Numbered from the stretch's first letter, positions 27,291 through 39,844 are shown. The stretch: 64,000 nt of DNA from Nitrospirota bacterium (GCA_963790025.1 CAWBMP010000002.1:512001-576000); one strand, 5' to 3'. Numbers and translations are program-made. The notes: a model not told the origin generated them from the sequence alone.

Positions 27291-29199
27291 GATAGTGAGG
27301 AACGTATTTCCTCAGCATTTCTTTGACTGCGTGGCCATTGTCAAATTGGCTCCCATCAAGAAAAACCTTGAACACATCCAATATCCGTTCTACGCCTTCG
27401 ACGCTTTCGGTACTTGTATTTTTTGATATGAATATTTTCTCATGTTTGCTCGCCGATGTGCCTTCCTCAGCGGTGAGTATTTCTTCAAAAAGCTTTTCCC
27501 CAGGCCTGAGACCAATGAATTTTATGTCGATGTCCTTATACGGCTCCAGCCCGTGAATTCTGATCAGCTCTTCTGCAAGCTCCAGAATTTTGACCGGCTC
27601 GCCCATATCCAGCACAAGCACCTCGCCGCCCTTCCCAGTTACAGAAGCCTGCAGCACAAGAGAAACAGCTTCAGGTATTGTCATAAAATACCTTTGCATC
27701 TCTTTGTGTGTTACAGTAAGCGGGCCTCCATAGCGAAGCTGTTCGAGAAACAAAGGCAGGACACTTCCCCGGCTGCCAAGCACATTCCCGAATCTGACCG
27801 ATACAAACGCGGTCTTCCCCTGAGTATTGAAAGCCTTGCAGATATTTTCAGCCATCCTTTTCGTCGCACCCATTATGCTCGTCGGCAGTACCGCCTTGTC
27901 AGTGGAAATCATGATGAACTTCTTTACACCTGCGTTAATCGCGGCCCTGGCGACGGTATAAGTACCGAACATGTTTACCTTCACCGCCTCTTTCGGATTA
28001 TTCTCCATCATGGGCACATGCTTATATGCGGCAGCATGAAAAACGATCTCAGGATAAAATGCAGCCATAACTTCCCTGACCCTGCTTTCATCCTTTATGT
28101 CTCCTGCAATAAAATACGCTCTTTCTGTTAAATTCGGGAAATGCCTCTTCATTCCAAGCTGCATTGTATGCAGCGCCGTTTCGTCAATGTCGAAAAGAAT
28201 AATCTTCCGGGGGTAAAACGCGCATACCTGTCTGACGATCTCGGAGCCTATTGAGCCGCCGGCCCCGGTGACAAGAACTGTTTTATCATCCAAAAATTGC
28301 TCAATCTCCTGATAATCTATCGAAACAGCCTGGCGACCAATAAGATCTTCAACGCTTATCTCTTCAAGACTTCTCAGGTTTATATCAGGCTTATGGAAAT
28401 CGTAAATCCGGGGCACAATCTTGATTGCAGCCACTTTGGACTCTTTTGCCGCATTGTAGATATTCCTGAGACTCTTATGGTTCAAAGAAGGAATGGCTAT
28501 AATAACGGCCTCTGCATTATATCTTGCCACAGCCTTCTTCAGTTCATTGGTTGTACCGAATACCTTGACTCCATGCATGTAGGCCCCGACTTTAGCCATA
28601 TCGTCATCGAGCAATGCGACCGGGCAGAAATCTGAAAACCTCTGTTTGACCATGTCCCTCAATATTAATTCCCCTGTATTTCCGGCCCCGACTATAACAG
28701 TCCTCTTTCCATCACTCGAAAACCTTTTCTTGCCTATTACCTCATAAAAAAACCTTTTGGAAATCCTCAATGTCGAGAGGAGAAGGACCGATATGATCCC
28801 ATCGGTAAGAAAAATGCCCCTTGGAAAAGTAATCGTAAAGATCGGGGCTGCTAAATGCAAAACATGAGGCGCCGGAAACAGGATCATTGCCATAAGCACA
28901 GAACTGGAGACTACAACTGCACAGACAATATTAAAGAGATCATCAATGCTGACATATCTCCATGTAATCTTGTACATCCTGAATATGGAAAATGAAAGCA
29001 ATTTCATAATAAGAAACAAAGGCAGCACATTTAAAATCAGGTGCTTATATCCACTGCTCAGGACAAAATCAAAACGAAGCAAAAAGGAAATATATAGAGA
29101 AACCATAATGATCAAAATATCACCCAGCATGAAGAAGAAGAATCTCTTGAAATTGTTGGGCGCCAGAAGTCTTTGTAATGTATCACTCATTTTTGTCAA
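27277..29199 (-). CDS. Membrane-anchored UDP-GlcNAc 4,6-dehydratase (PglF/CapD/WbpM family)
   Basis: 4 TM segments, VGAGNTG, EDLIGR, TGAGGSIGSE, FHAAAYKHVP, STDKAV, MGATKR, RFGNVLGSRGSV, RPGEKL. Confidence 0.93.
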   Translation of the reverse strand: MTKMSDTLQRLLAPNNFKRFFFFMLGDILIIMVSLYISFLLRFDFVLSSGYKHLILNVLPLFLIMKLLSFSIFRMYKITWRYVSIDDLFNIVCAVVVSSSVLMAMILFPAPHVLHLAAPIFTITFPRGIFLTDGIISVLLLSTLRISKRFFYEVIGKKRFSSDGKRTVIVGAGNTGELILRDMVKQRFSDFCPVALLDDDMAKVGAYMHGVKVFGTTNELKKAVARYNAEAVIIAIPSLNHKSLRNIYNAAKESKVAAIKIVPRIYDFHKPDINLRSLEEISVEDLIGRQAVSIDYQEIEQFLDDKTVLVTGAGGSIGSEIVRQVCAFYPRKIILFDIDETALHTMQLGMKRHFPNLTERAYFIAGDIKDESRVREVMAAFYPEIVFHAAAYKHVPMMENNPKEAVKVNMFGTYTVARAAINAGVKKFIMISTDKAVLPTSIMGATKRMAENICKAFNTQGKTAFVSVRFGNVLGSRGSVLPLFLEQLRYGGPLTVTHKEMQRYFMTIPEAVSLVLQASVTGKGGEVLVLDMGEPVKILELAEELIRIHGLEPYKDIDIKFIGLRPGEKLFEEILTAEEGTSASKHEKIFISKNTSTESVEGVERILDVFKVFLDGSQFDNGHAVKEMLRKYVPHYHEKN

Positions 29200-29759
29200 T
29201 GCTGCACCCCCTCGCTGAGGGCGACTTTAAAAAAGGTCATCCATAAAATCTTGAGGTCAAACAGAAAAGACCTGTGCATGAGATAATAATAGTCATGCTC
29301 GACCTTCACTGGTATCGGCAGCTCGTCTCTGCCGTTTATCTGTGCCCACCCTGTAAGTCCGGGAGGTATTTTATGGATACCTTTATCAGTCCTGAGCGCA
29401 ATCAAATCATGCTGATTGAACAAGGCCGGCCTCGGCCCCACAAAACTCATATCGCCCCTGAGAATACTGAACAATTGCGGCAATTCATCCAGGCTTGTCT
29501 TCCTCAGCAGCTTACCTATCGGCGTTACGTACTGCCACGGGTTCTCAAGAAGATGAGTAGCCACAGGAGGCGTATTTATATTCATAGTGCGAAACTTCGG
29601 CATTTTAAAAATTCTATTATGCACCCCTGTTCTATCAGACCAGTAAAGGACCGGGCCCTTTGAAGTCAGTTTCACCGCCAATGCAATAATCGCAACAGGT
29701 ATCAGTAAAATGATCAAAAGGACCGAGGCAAGAATAATATCAAAAATCCTTTTAGACAA
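29196..29759 (-). CDS. Priming undecaprenyl-phosphate sugar-phosphotransferase (PglC/WbqP-like)
   Basis: KRIFDI, KFRTM, SLDELPQL, GDMSFVGPRP, PGLTGWAQINGR; probable TTG start at 29759 (the ORF track extends to 29861). Confidence 0.9.
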   Translation of the reverse strand: MSKRIFDIILASVLLIILLIPVAIIALAVKLTSKGPVLYWSDRTGVHNRIFKMPKFRTMNINTPPVATHLLENPWQYVTPIGKLLRKTSLDELPQLFSILRGDMSFVGPRPALFNQHDLIALRTDKGIHKIPPGLTGWAQINGRDELPIPVKVEHDYYYLMHRSFLFDLKILWMTFFKVALSEGVQH

Positions 29760-30737
29760 CGTTATTTTCCAGGAAATCCGAAACCATCGCCTTAATGCCC
29801 ATATCAATAGTCTCCGGCGGCCGCCAGCACATAACTGTTCGAAACTTAGAGCTGTCAACAACCAAAGATCCCGTCAAACGCTCAAATACCGGCCTTAGAG
29901 AAGGAACCATTTTTGACGCAAGGCCAAAAACCGGTTCAGGAACATGCAGCAATCTTGGCTTCCGCCGCATTGCAGCCGCTATTTTCCGGATCAAATCCGG
30001 TGTCAGATGTCCTGACCGTCGCTAATAAGAAAAGTTTGGACAGACGTTTCGCCTCTTTGGGCTGCCAGAATAAGCGCGTCGGTCAGGTTCGCCAGACCGA
30101 TCAGGCTCCTCCTGTTGTGAATACTGCCAAACGGCAACGGCCAGCCTCTATTTATGTACCGCATCAGCTTCAAAATGTTTCCCTTGACCCCGGGGCCATA
30201 TATAAGAGGGGGTCTGAGAATAATAACATTAAGTCTCTCTTCTTCGGAAACCTTTTTCAAGACCTGTTCAGCCTCCCATTTGGAAACAGCATATGGGTCC
30301 ATGGGATTAGGTTCAGCCGACTCCCGAAACGGCCTTTCAAAAGTGATTTCGCCGTTAACTTTTACAGAACTGACATATACAAACCGGCATACCCCGGCTT
30401 GTGCCGCCATGCGTGCAAGACGCTCTGTCCCGGCAGCGTTCACCTTCCGGAAAGCATCGAGCGGATTGTCGGATGTTTCTTTCATTACATGAACGCGTGC
30501 GGCAAGGTGTACTACCGTGTCTATTCCGGAGAGCGCTCCGGACCAGTCGGTCTCTGCACTTATTTCAGCTACAGCCACTTTTTCGGACACCGGCACATCT
30601 GCCCCGTAATCGCGCACTGCCCCGCGCACGTGATAACCGAAAGCAACAAGGGCTTTACATAAAGCCCTGCCGACAAAACCGCTTGCGCCCGTCACCAAGA
30701 TTCGCCTATTTGAAGTATGCGCATCCATATGAACCAA
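29752..30737 (-). CDS. UDP-4-keto-sugar reductase/epimerase (WbpV-like SDR), split by a 1-nt frameshift near 30005
   Basis: TGASGFVG, HLAARVH, YAVSK, RPPLIYGPGVKGN; ISDGQDI rejoins TPDLIRKIA if one C is restored. Confidence 0.8.
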
Positions 30738-31871
30738 TCAACCACTGCGGAGAAGGCCCTGCTCGTAAACTGCCATTGTTTCGGAGACGACCTTTTTTTC
30801 TGAAAACTCGTTAAGGACAATCTCACGGCCCCTGCCTCCCATTCTCATGCGTAACTCGTGATCAACTATCAGGTGTTCCAATGAAGAGGCAAGGGCTTCC
30901 GCGTCATATGGTGGGACAAGGAAACCGTTATCGCCGCCTCTGACGATTTCCCGGCATCCCGGCACATCAGTGGCAACAATAGGCCGCCCGCACGAGGCAG
31001 CCTCCAGAAGAACCTTGGGTAACCCCTCGCGATAGGATGGAAGGGTAATAACATGAGCCTGTGTATATATCTCCGGCATATGCTCACGGTGGCCCCACCA
31101 CTCGACAATACCACTCTTTTGCCAGCCATCCAGAACAGGGACCGGGATGGACGCCGGATTATCAGGGTCTGTCTTGCCGACCAGGACAAACCGGGCCTGG
31201 ATGCCCCGTGCCCGTATAAGTTTTGCCGCATCGACAAACTCACCAATGCCTTTGTCCCATAGCATTCGCGAGACAAGCATGACAACGGGAATGCCGGCCT
31301 GCTCAGGGATGCAGGCAAAACGCTCCGTATCGACCCCTGAGCCCCGGATGATGATGATCTGTTCCTTGTTGATAAGTCCTTTTTCGACAAACAATCTGTA
31401 ATCATCAGGATTCTGGAGAATCAGCCTGCTTCCCGGGGTGTTCAGAGCGACGCGCAGGAGTGGTTTGATCAGGGCCCGCAAGACAACAGCCGGCAATTCT
31501 GAAGATATAAAGACGTACCCCATACCCGCCAGGGCATTTACCGTTAAATGGATTTTTGTCAGTCGGGAGCAGATGGAACCGTAGAGGACAGGTTTCATGG
31601 CAACATGATGGACTATGTCAGGTCGTTCCTTCCTGTAGATGTCTAACAATTCAATGATGGACAGGAGTTCCCGAAACGGGTTCCTGCTTTTTCGCCGCAA
31701 CTGGATCGGAATCAGCTTAAACCCTTCCGTACGTATCAATTCCCCGTGGTCCTGTGTGTGTGTCGCAATAATCACTTCGAATCCGCTATCCCGGGCAGCG
31801 CGGGCAAGAGGCAGTCGATGAGACCAGAAATACCAGTCTTCAGTGATCAGGAACAAGATTTTCGGTCTCAT
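30738..31871 (-). CDS. GT4 glycosyltransferase (PglA/WbpU-like)
   Basis: ITEDWYFWSHR, GSGVD, RMLWDKG, PSYREGLPKVLLEA, TDVPGCRE; ATG at 31871. Confidence 0.92.
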   Translation of the reverse strand: MRPKILFLITEDWYFWSHRLPLARAARDSGFEVIIATHTQDHGELIRTEGFKLIPIQLRRKSRNPFRELLSIIELLDIYRKERPDIVHHVAMKPVLYGSICSRLTKIHLTVNALAGMGYVFISSELPAVVLRALIKPLLRVALNTPGSRLILQNPDDYRLFVEKGLINKEQIIIIRGSGVDTERFACIPEQAGIPVVMLVSRMLWDKGIGEFVDAAKLIRARGIQARFVLVGKTDPDNPASIPVPVLDGWQKSGIVEWWGHREHMPEIYTQAHVITLPSYREGLPKVLLEAASCGRPIVATDVPGCREIVRGGDNGFLVPPYDAEALASSLEHLIVDHELRMRMGGRGREIVLNEFSEKKVVSETMAVYEQGLLRSG

Positions 31872-33822
31872 TGTGCTTCCAGCCATTGCTGGAACATGAG
31901 GATCGTCCAAGATCATACTGCCAGTTTCTTTTTCCCGAAAGATGCTCCTGCCACTTCAGGCGTATAGTCTCCGGGTTAAAGAAACCTTCCCTCCTCAGAC
32001 GCCCTTCATCAAGGAGCGCCTCTGCCCAGGGCCGCAAGGCGCCTCTCATGAATGTGCCGATAGGTACCCCAAACCCCATCTTGGGTCTTTCGATAAGATG
32101 TTTGGGGACATAGCGGTCAAGCACCTGCCTGAGAAGCCATTTCCCCTGTCCGTTGCGGACCTTCATCTGTCGGGGGAGCCGCCAGGCGAACTCCACGACA
32201 TGGTGATTAAGATAAGGAGCGCGCGACTCAAGGCTTATACCCATGCTGGCCCGGTCTACCTTGACCGGATATCGTCGGGGAGATAGGTGATTGCATCAAG
32301 GAACATCATACGGTCCAGGAAGGAAGACAATACGGAAGATCGCTCGCTGTGAGAAAGAACGAGATCCTCCTCCCTGCCGTCGATAACGATGGATGATGGG
32401 TTCTGCCACGTAGATACAAATCGTTTATAAAGCTCCTGCCCGTTTCTTACAGACATGATCTCCGCAAGTTTGCGTAGCTTGTCGCCAGGCATCCTTTGTT
32501 TAGTTTTTTGGGTATGAGAATATCCAGGGACTGAAATACACTGTCCCATGTATCGGGGGACATGATGGTCAGGGCCTTCGCCATGGCCTTCCTTGCCCCG
32601 ACCGGCATCCGCCCACCCTCCTCCAGATATCGGGACCCCAGAAATATCTGGTAACCGCCGAAGACCTCATCGCCGCCGTCGCCGGACAAGCTTACGGTAA
32701 CGTGACGACGTGTCATTTCCGATACAAGAAAGGTGGGAATCTGCGATGAATCGGAGAAAGGTTCATCGTAGATGCGGGGAAGCCTGGGGATAACCGACAA
32801 GGCCATTTCCGCAGTGACATACAGTTCTGTATGTTCGGTCCCCAGATGCCGCGCAACCGCTTTTGCATGAACTGCCTCATTGAAATCGTCCTGATGGAAA
32901 CCGATCGTGAATGTTCTTACGGGGCGGCTGCTCTGAACCTACATCAAAGCGACAATCAATCGAGGAATCCACACCGCCTGAAAGAAATGCCCGAGGGCAC
33001 ATCCGCTTCCATCTGTTCCCTGACAGCCTTCCGCAACACGGCGTCCAGCTGGTCGGCAGCCTGTTCATCCGGCCCCGTAAATGGATGCCCTAAGCCCTGC
33101 TCAGCAATTTCCAGGACATCCCAATACTCCTGACTTCAGGGAAACTGCCTGCCGCGGTCGCAAGAGGGATGGTAATAAAACTTCCTGGAGAAAGCTTCCG
33201 GATGCCCTTGTATATTGAAAAAGGGGCCGGGACGTAATTATAGCGAACGTATTGGCAAAGCACATCACGGTCGATCTCCCATGATGCGGTTGCCGGGCAG
33301 GCCCTGAGGGCCTTAAGTTCAGAACCGAACAAGAAAGTGTTGCCTGCCCATCCGTAATATAAGGGCTTTTCCCCCATCCGATCGCGGGCCAGGGTCAGTT
33401 CCAGGCTGTCCCTGTCCCAGAGAGCAACAGCGAACATTCCGGTAAAGCGTTTTAAAGCATTTTCCACACCCCATGCCTTAATGGCTTCCAGCATGATCTC
33501 CGTATCAGAGTGGCCTTTCCATATAATTGTATTATTCTCTTTGAGCAACTCGTCCCTGATGTCCTTGTGGTTGTATACCTCTCCATTGAACACGATGACA
33601 TAGCGCCCATTATGGGAAGTCAGTGGCTGATGCCCCATCGGAGTAAGGTCCATAATGGCCAGCCTCCTGAATCCCAATGCAATACCGTATTCGGGATCGA
33701 CCCAATTGCCGCTATCGTCAGGCCGCAATGCCGTATTTTTCAGCCATACGGTCAACCGCACGCTTCAGCGCTTCTTCGGTGTGAGATCGTTTGATGTCGA
33801 TCAATCCGGCGAATCCGCACAT
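31868..33822 (-). pseudogene. asnB: Asparagine synthase-like glutamine amidotransferase (WbpS-like), multiply frameshifted, probably by sequencing errors
   Basis: MCGFAG at 33822, RRLAIMDL, FNGEVYN, SDTE, RDRMGEKPLYY, FLSGGVDSS, DEPFSDSS, SGDGGDEVFGGY, RPKMGFGVP across several frames; several breaks fall in shortened homopolymers. Confidence 0.85.
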
Positions 33823-35895
33823 TTAATAAACCTTTCGCAATTATCACGATTGTCAAAATCGCGCTCAGATTCCAGGCAAGCATGGCATAACGGAATTGTG
33901 CTGAATCATAAATGGAAAGCATCGGCAAGTGAGCGGCCAAAGCCGTCCAGGCCAAAACAAATAACCTCTCGCTAAGGATGGTCGGAAAGCAATAAAGACC
34001 GTTATGGCCAGAGTGACTAAATTCCCGATCATAAACAACTCCGCGGCAAATTTAAGAGATGGATATGTCAACCGTGGCAGCGTCCAAAGCCAACCCGACA
34101 ACTGCTTAATAACCTCATTGATATGTTGGGCCTTCCAATCCCGGCGAGAACGTCTTGTCCGGCCTGAAGATACGTCATGGGTGACAGGGTGACTGAAACA
34201 GTCGTTCCTGCTTTGGAAATGAGGTAAAACTGGTGGCCGAAATACAAATTATGAATGGGCATCAAAAATGCGAGTGCAAGCCCTGAGAGGCGCAGCCCAT
34301 GAGAGTAAAATCACGGATGCGCCAACTGCCCGTAAAGGAAAAAAAGGCCGAGCACTGCGACGGCAATAACAAAATTCGTGGTGTAAACATGGAAGCAGCA
34401 AGAAACATTCCTCCAATAAAAGCGAAAAACCGGTCCCTCTCTCCTCCCCATCGCGGGTTGGAACGCATGAACAGGTATAACCCAAAGATAAACAAGCCGA
34501 AACCCATTGCCTCGGCATATCCTAACTTGGCATTCTGGATATATTGCAGAAAGGAGAAACTGCCTAATGGCAGGAAGACAAAGAAAAGAGCACTTGCCAG
34601 AGCCCACTTATATCCGGCAACATGTTTGATTAACAGGTAAAGGAAATATGGAAGAAGGGCGACAAACGCGGTATATCCGAGATTGGTGTCACCAAAAATA
34701 TTTTTTTCTATGGAGCGGGCATAACGCATCCCGGGGGTAAACCAGTAAATCGGTTCATTCCCTTCAAACGCTTTGCTGATATCGCCATTCATCGTCGCAC
34801 GAGCAATATCCCTTCCCCAGGATTCATTAACTATGCCGTCGTCTCCGCCACCTTGGGGGGGATATTCAGACCAAGAAATTTCCCATTGCTATAATGAATA
34901 AATACGCCAATGATGATTAGGCTAAGTGCCGTGATATTGATGGCGACAACATAGGATTTCCATTTAATGTGCATCATAATAACGATCAATGCGACAATAC
35001 CCATTATGCTCAGAACGTCCCTCGCCGCACGGCCGACAGCAAGTTTTGGGCTTAGTTTCAGATTCATCGCTAATTCATATGGCTGCGGCGTTCTCGGCAC
35101 GTTCCGTGATTCGCTCAACTGTTTGAACCCCCCGGGAAAAACTGCGGGAAGATTCAACGCGTATATTCTTTTTCCCTCATTACTTACCGTAATGGTTCTC
35201 CCCGAGTAGTTCGTATGACTGATCTTTTCATAAGATCCGTCATTCTTTTGCCAGAAAACAGTGCCTTGCCACAGCAAAGTGCATCCAACAGATTGCTCAG
35301 AAAATTCGTACATAACGAAAAACGGCAACTGGACCTCGAAATTGCGGGCAAAGGTAATGGGATCATTGCCGTAAAAATTGTATTTTAAATCGTTGGCAAA
35401 GCCGCCGCGGAATTGGCTCAGATTCCTGAAAGAAAAGCCGTCCACCTGGCGGGAATATTTGGCCGCCCGCCACAATGCATCGCAGGAATAAGCATATAAC
35501 ATGGTGGGAAATGCCTTCAATTTTCGCCAGCGCTCGAGCGGAAGCTGCCCGGGAGGATACTGCTCGTTATAAGCTCGCCGCCATTCTTCGGATATTTCAA
35601 CAGGCAAATCCCGCTGCAATACGCCGTTTTCCTGGGTGCAAAGAAAAATATTATGCCCTTCTTCTATGTTTGCCCGGGGGAGCAAGCTCCTGGAATATGG
35701 CACCACAAGTATAATGCCGATGGCTGCGAGAATCCGCCATTTTTCCAGCCTTACATCGCAATAAACCAGCGCCAGCCATGAGGCCAGGACAATCACCATC
35801 TTCCACGTTTCGAGGATGGGCAGGCCGAACATTATCAACGGCGCCGCCGCCAGCGTAATTTTTGTCAATACTATGCTAAACCTGTTCTTTGCCAT
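33823..35895 (-). pseudogene. Uncharacterised polytopic membrane protein (GT-C-like), paralogue 1, frameshifted
   Basis: Fragments 34831..35976, 34262..34792, 34068..34265, 33865..34101 and 33752..33955 are colinear with paralogues 2 and 3 (IEEGHNIFL, FRGGFAND, IFGDTNLG, HNLYFGH). Confidence 0.7.
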
Positions 35896-35906
35896 ATACA
35901 CTTTGT

Positions 35907-36620
35907 TCAACTTCTGCGCATCAGATAAGTGGTCGCAAACGCATAGCGCAGCCACATCAGATATTGAGGTATCCATTTCAATGTACGGAAGCGGCTTTTT
36001 CCTTCCTTACGTTCGTACCATTGCACCGGATATTCCGCTATGCGGAAGCCGCAGCGATGCGCTTTCACCAGGAGTTCGATGCTGACGGCAAAGCCTGTTT
36101 TGCTTTCGATCTCGAAAGTCGCGATCACTTCGCGGGAAAACAGTCTAAAACCGTTGGTAGCATCGCGGGTTGGCAGAAAAGCGAGATTGTGGAGTATCCA
36201 TGCGGCCGATCGCGTGAGTATGGCTTTCAAAAATGGCGCGCCTTTAAAAGCGGCGCCCGGCATGAACCGGCACGGCGTAACGATGTGGCAGCCTTTTTCC
36301 ATAAGCCTGACCATGGCATCGATACTGGGCGCATTATAGTCGTCATCCGCCGGCATGACAAGTATGCATGGAGCAGTGGCGCGCCGTAACCCGGTTATTA
36401 CGGCCCCGTGCACGCCATATCCCGCATTTCGGACCAACTCAAGCGAGTGGTTTTCCGCCATTCTAAGGCTTCGCACAACAGGCAGGGTATCATCTTCTTC
36501 AAAGTCGTAACAGATCATGAGGCGAAAAGGAGTCTTCACGTGACGCTCCAGCGACTCCACAACGGAACGTATGTTTTTCCCTTCATTGAAAACAGGCATT
36601 ACTATATCCAGGGCGGTCAT
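35907..36620 (-). CDS. DPM-synthase-like GT2 (polyprenyl-phosphate glycosyltransferase)
   Basis: IVMPVFNE, MPADD, DATNGFRLF, EYPVQWYER..GKSRF; ATG at 36620. Confidence 0.87.
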   Translation of the reverse strand: MTALDIVMPVFNEGKNIRSVVESLERHVKTPFRLMICYDFEEDDTLPVVRSLRMAENHSLELVRNAGYGVHGAVITGLRRATAPCILVMPADDDYNAPSIDAMVRLMEKGCHIVTPCRFMPGAAFKGAPFLKAILTRSAAWILHNLAFLPTRDATNGFRLFSREVIATFEIESKTGFAVSIELLVKAHRCGFRIAEYPVQWYERKEGKSRFRTLKWIPQYLMWLRYAFATTYLMRRS

Positions 36621-37681
36621 ATGTGGCCTTCTCCACCGGCCGTGCACTTAATAGGAACAATGCCCTGATGCGATCTTGCAAGACAATCGAGCAGGTATTG
36701 GACGCGAAGGCCGTCCCTGATGTTCGGCGTCATGCCGCGGCCTTGCCTGATACAGTCTATCCAGCGGCCGATGATCATTCCGCTCGCAATCTTCCGGCCA
36801 TCCGCCTCGTCCTGCGCGTCCTTCATTTGACCGAGACTTTCCTCACTGCCGTCCTCGCCGCTCCGGAAACCGCTAAAACCCTTAATATAGTCCCGGGAAG
36901 GGTTGTACAGACAGACCGCCCCTTTATCACCGTATACCTCTACACGGTGCCCGCTCCCGCAAGGGGAATCCTGGCTGACCTGTACTGAAACCTTGGCGCC
37001 GCACGCGACTTCCAACCTCATGGTTGCACGAATGTCCCGCCCTGCATCAAGTTCGTCAAGCAGACATGCCGCCGAAACGATTTCACCCAGCAGCCATTCC
37101 GTATAATAGAGCACATGACTTACGAAGTTATTCAACACGCCTCCGCCTTTGTTCCGATCGAGCTTCCAGGGATGGTTGCCGGCGCGTGAGGAGCAAGTCT
37201 GCACATGCCAGTTTATGCTGGCGTGGCGGATACTCCCGAGTCTTCCTTCACGAATTACTTCGCGGGCGCGTTTCCACACGGCTGATTCCGGAAATATGAA
37301 ATCCACAGCGGACCTGTCGGCATTTTCGCAGGCGGCTTTCACGATTTGCGAAGCCGTCGGCCAGTCCGCGGCCAGGGGCTTCTCGCAAAAACAGGGAATG
37401 CCTGGGGCCGCAATGTCCGACAAAATTTCACCCTGTACAATCGGGGGAACAGCGACCACAAGCAGGTCCGGCCTTTGCTCGGAGAACATCTTGCGCCAAT
37501 CCGTGTAAGCACCGGGAATTCGATGCTGATTTGCGACCCTTTCAGTCTTCTCGCGATCGGTTCCGCAGAGGGCCGCTATTTCGCAGTCAGCCCGTTTTTG
37601 AAAAATCGGCAATAACACGTGTCGCGCATAGCCCAGACCTACGAGTCCTATACGCAACCGTTTATCCGGGAAGGGCTTCAT
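36617..37681 (-). CDS. Gfo/Idh/MocA oxidoreductase domain, in frame with the C-terminus of membrane paralogue 2
   Basis: IGLVGLG, VAVPP, FCEKPLA, GGGVLNNFVSH within ORF 36617..38182. Confidence 0.8.
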   Translation of the reverse strand: MKPFPDKRLRIGLVGLGYARHVLLPIFQKRADCEIAALCGTDREKTERVANQHRIPGAYTDWRKMFSEQRPDLLVVAVPPIVQGEILSDIAAPGIPCFCEKPLAADWPTASQIVKAACENADRSAVDFIFPESAVWKRAREVIREGRLGSIRHASINWHVQTCSSRAGNHPWKLDRNKGGGVLNNFVSHVLYYTEWLLGEIVSAACLLDELDAGRDIRATMRLEVACGAKVSVQVSQDSPCGSGHRVEVYGDKGAVCLYNPSRDYIKGFSGFRSGEDGSEESLGQMKDAQDEADGRKIASGMIIGRWIDCIRQGRGMTPNIRDGLRVQYLLDCLARSHQGIVPIKCTAGGEGHI

Positions 37682-39844
37682 ACGCGTAAAACCAATCAAA
37701 TCCTTGTTTTCCCATATACAAGCCACCAGCATGATAGTGACTATCATGGACAAATCCCATCCGAGCAGATCATAGCGGAATTTTGTATCAAAAACAAAAA
37801 GCATGGGAATATGTACAGCTAATGCAATCCAGGCCAGCAGAGCAATGCGCGGAAATCTTTTCGGTGAAACAACCATTCCGCAAAAAGTCAGAAGCAACGT
37901 GAATAAGTTCAGCATCAGTAAAAAAGAAATCCCTTTATGGATCGGAAACTGCTGGATGGGCGGCGTCCAAAACCAGCTTTGCATCTGATGTATTACCCGG
38001 ATCAAATCCGGCGCTTGTCCATTTCCGGCGGGCCGGGCGATCCATTCGCTCAAAGCGCGAACATAGGTCATGGGAGACGCGGTCAATGAAGCCGTTGTCG
38101 CCACCGAGGTGATAAGGAAGAACTTGTGCCCGAAATACAAATTGTGCAAGGTCATAAGGACAGCTAGGCTCAACCCGGCCACGGCCAGGAATTCTCAGCC
38201 GAAACGATGGTCACGCAAAGGCCGGTATATGCAACAAATACATAGCAGAACAGCGGCAAGAGCATAATTGGGCCTCAGAAAAAAAGACCCCGCCAAACAT
38301 GCCCCGCCCAGGAACGCGGACCACCCGTCCGCGCCTCCGGCATAGCCATCCTTTTCGCCCAGGTCCCGGCTGCATTTTCATCAGCAGGACCGCGCCAGAA
38401 AAAAAGCCCGCTCCCCACCGGTTCCGCGTATCCCAGAGGCCGCAAACAACATACTGCCCGAACGAAAAACTCACAGGAGAAAACAGGAAAAAAAACGCAC
38501 TGATATATGCCCACCGCGCGCCGCATAACCGCTGTACCAGAAGAAATACCCATAAGGGAAGGCATGAGATCAACGCGGTCAGACCGAGATTTGTATCACC
38601 AAAAATTATTCTTTCCGCCGCACGGAAATAACGCATTGCAGGGGTTCCCCCGTAAACCGGCTCATATCCCTCCAGGACCTCACCGATATGCCCCTGCGCC
38701 AGGGCTTCGGCCATCCCATGGCCGAAAAACTGCATGGTATATCCATCATGACTTACCATGCGGCGTATACAGCGCTCCAAGGGGTTTGCCCCCGCTGAAT
38801 GCCACACTGGCGTATATGAACGCCATCGCTACCGCAACAAGAGCTGCCGCGTTTATAAAAGGCCTCCATTGCACACGGGCCAGGAATATATAAATTGAGC
38901 ATATGCCAATTACCGTCAGGATCGTTCCGATCACCCTGCTTGCTGCCAATACGCGATTGAGTTTCAGATGCATCGGAAAGACAGGCGTTGCCTGTGGCAT
39001 AGAAAAGAGATACACCCTCTTGCCCGCGTCTGCCAGGGTAATTGTCCTGCCGGACAGTGCGGTGTGGTCAATCTTTTCATAAGATCCGTCAGCTTTTTAC
39101 CAGAACAAAGGCCCCTTCCAGCACAATTCGCATCCCGCGCACTCTCTCGAAAATTCGTACATCACGAAAAAGGGCATCGCCCTCCTGGAAAGATCGCCTC
39201 TCCACCAATAGTACCTGTAATCGTTCGCAAACCCGCCACGGAATCCTGCAAGACTGCTGAAATCTATGCGGTCAACCTTGCGCGAATACTTTGCAGGATG
39301 CCAGAACGCATCAGCCGACCATGCATATTCCCTGTCGGGCATGCCGCCGGTGGATGCAGCAAACTGCCAGAGACATCATCCCCAAAAGGGGGCTCCTCGG
39401 AAGGATACGTTTATCGAATTGGTCCCGCCAGTCATTATAGATCCGGGCCGGGATCGACTGCTGAAGGACCCCTTTGCCCTGCGCCAGCAGCATCAGAGCG
39501 TCATGCTCCTTCGACGGAATTTTATTTCCATAGATATCCTTGCCGTTTTTCACATCGTCTGGAACGGCTGACGCGCCGGGTTCAAAAACCAGAAAAATAT
39601 TGTGCCCCTCTTCGATTCCTGCCACCGGCAGCAGGGATTTGATAATCAGGACCGCAGCGATTATTCCCGCGCACAGGAGAACCTGCTTCTTTTTTGAAAA
39701 CGACGTCGCAGTATGCCAGCGCAAGAACACCGAGGAGAACGAACAAACATCTTCCAGGTCTGCACCACCGGCAAGCCCAGAAGAACAAGTAGCGGAACTT
39801 CCCAGAAACGACTTTGCCAAAACCAGATAAGACCTGCTACTCAT
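37682..39844 (-). pseudogene. Uncharacterised polytopic membrane protein (GT-C-like), paralogue 2, frameshifted
   Basis: MSSRSYLVLAK start at 39844; GIEEGHNIFL, AWSADAFW.PAKYSR, FRGGFAND, IFGDTNLG, HNLYFGHKF, FRYDLLGWDLS in successive frames. Confidence 0.7.

Noticed and set aside
29760..29861. Long N-terminal extensions in the ORF track here and at 31872-31916, 35896-35976 and 49367-49480
   Set aside because: They overlap upstream genes; family homology begins at the downstream starts used above.
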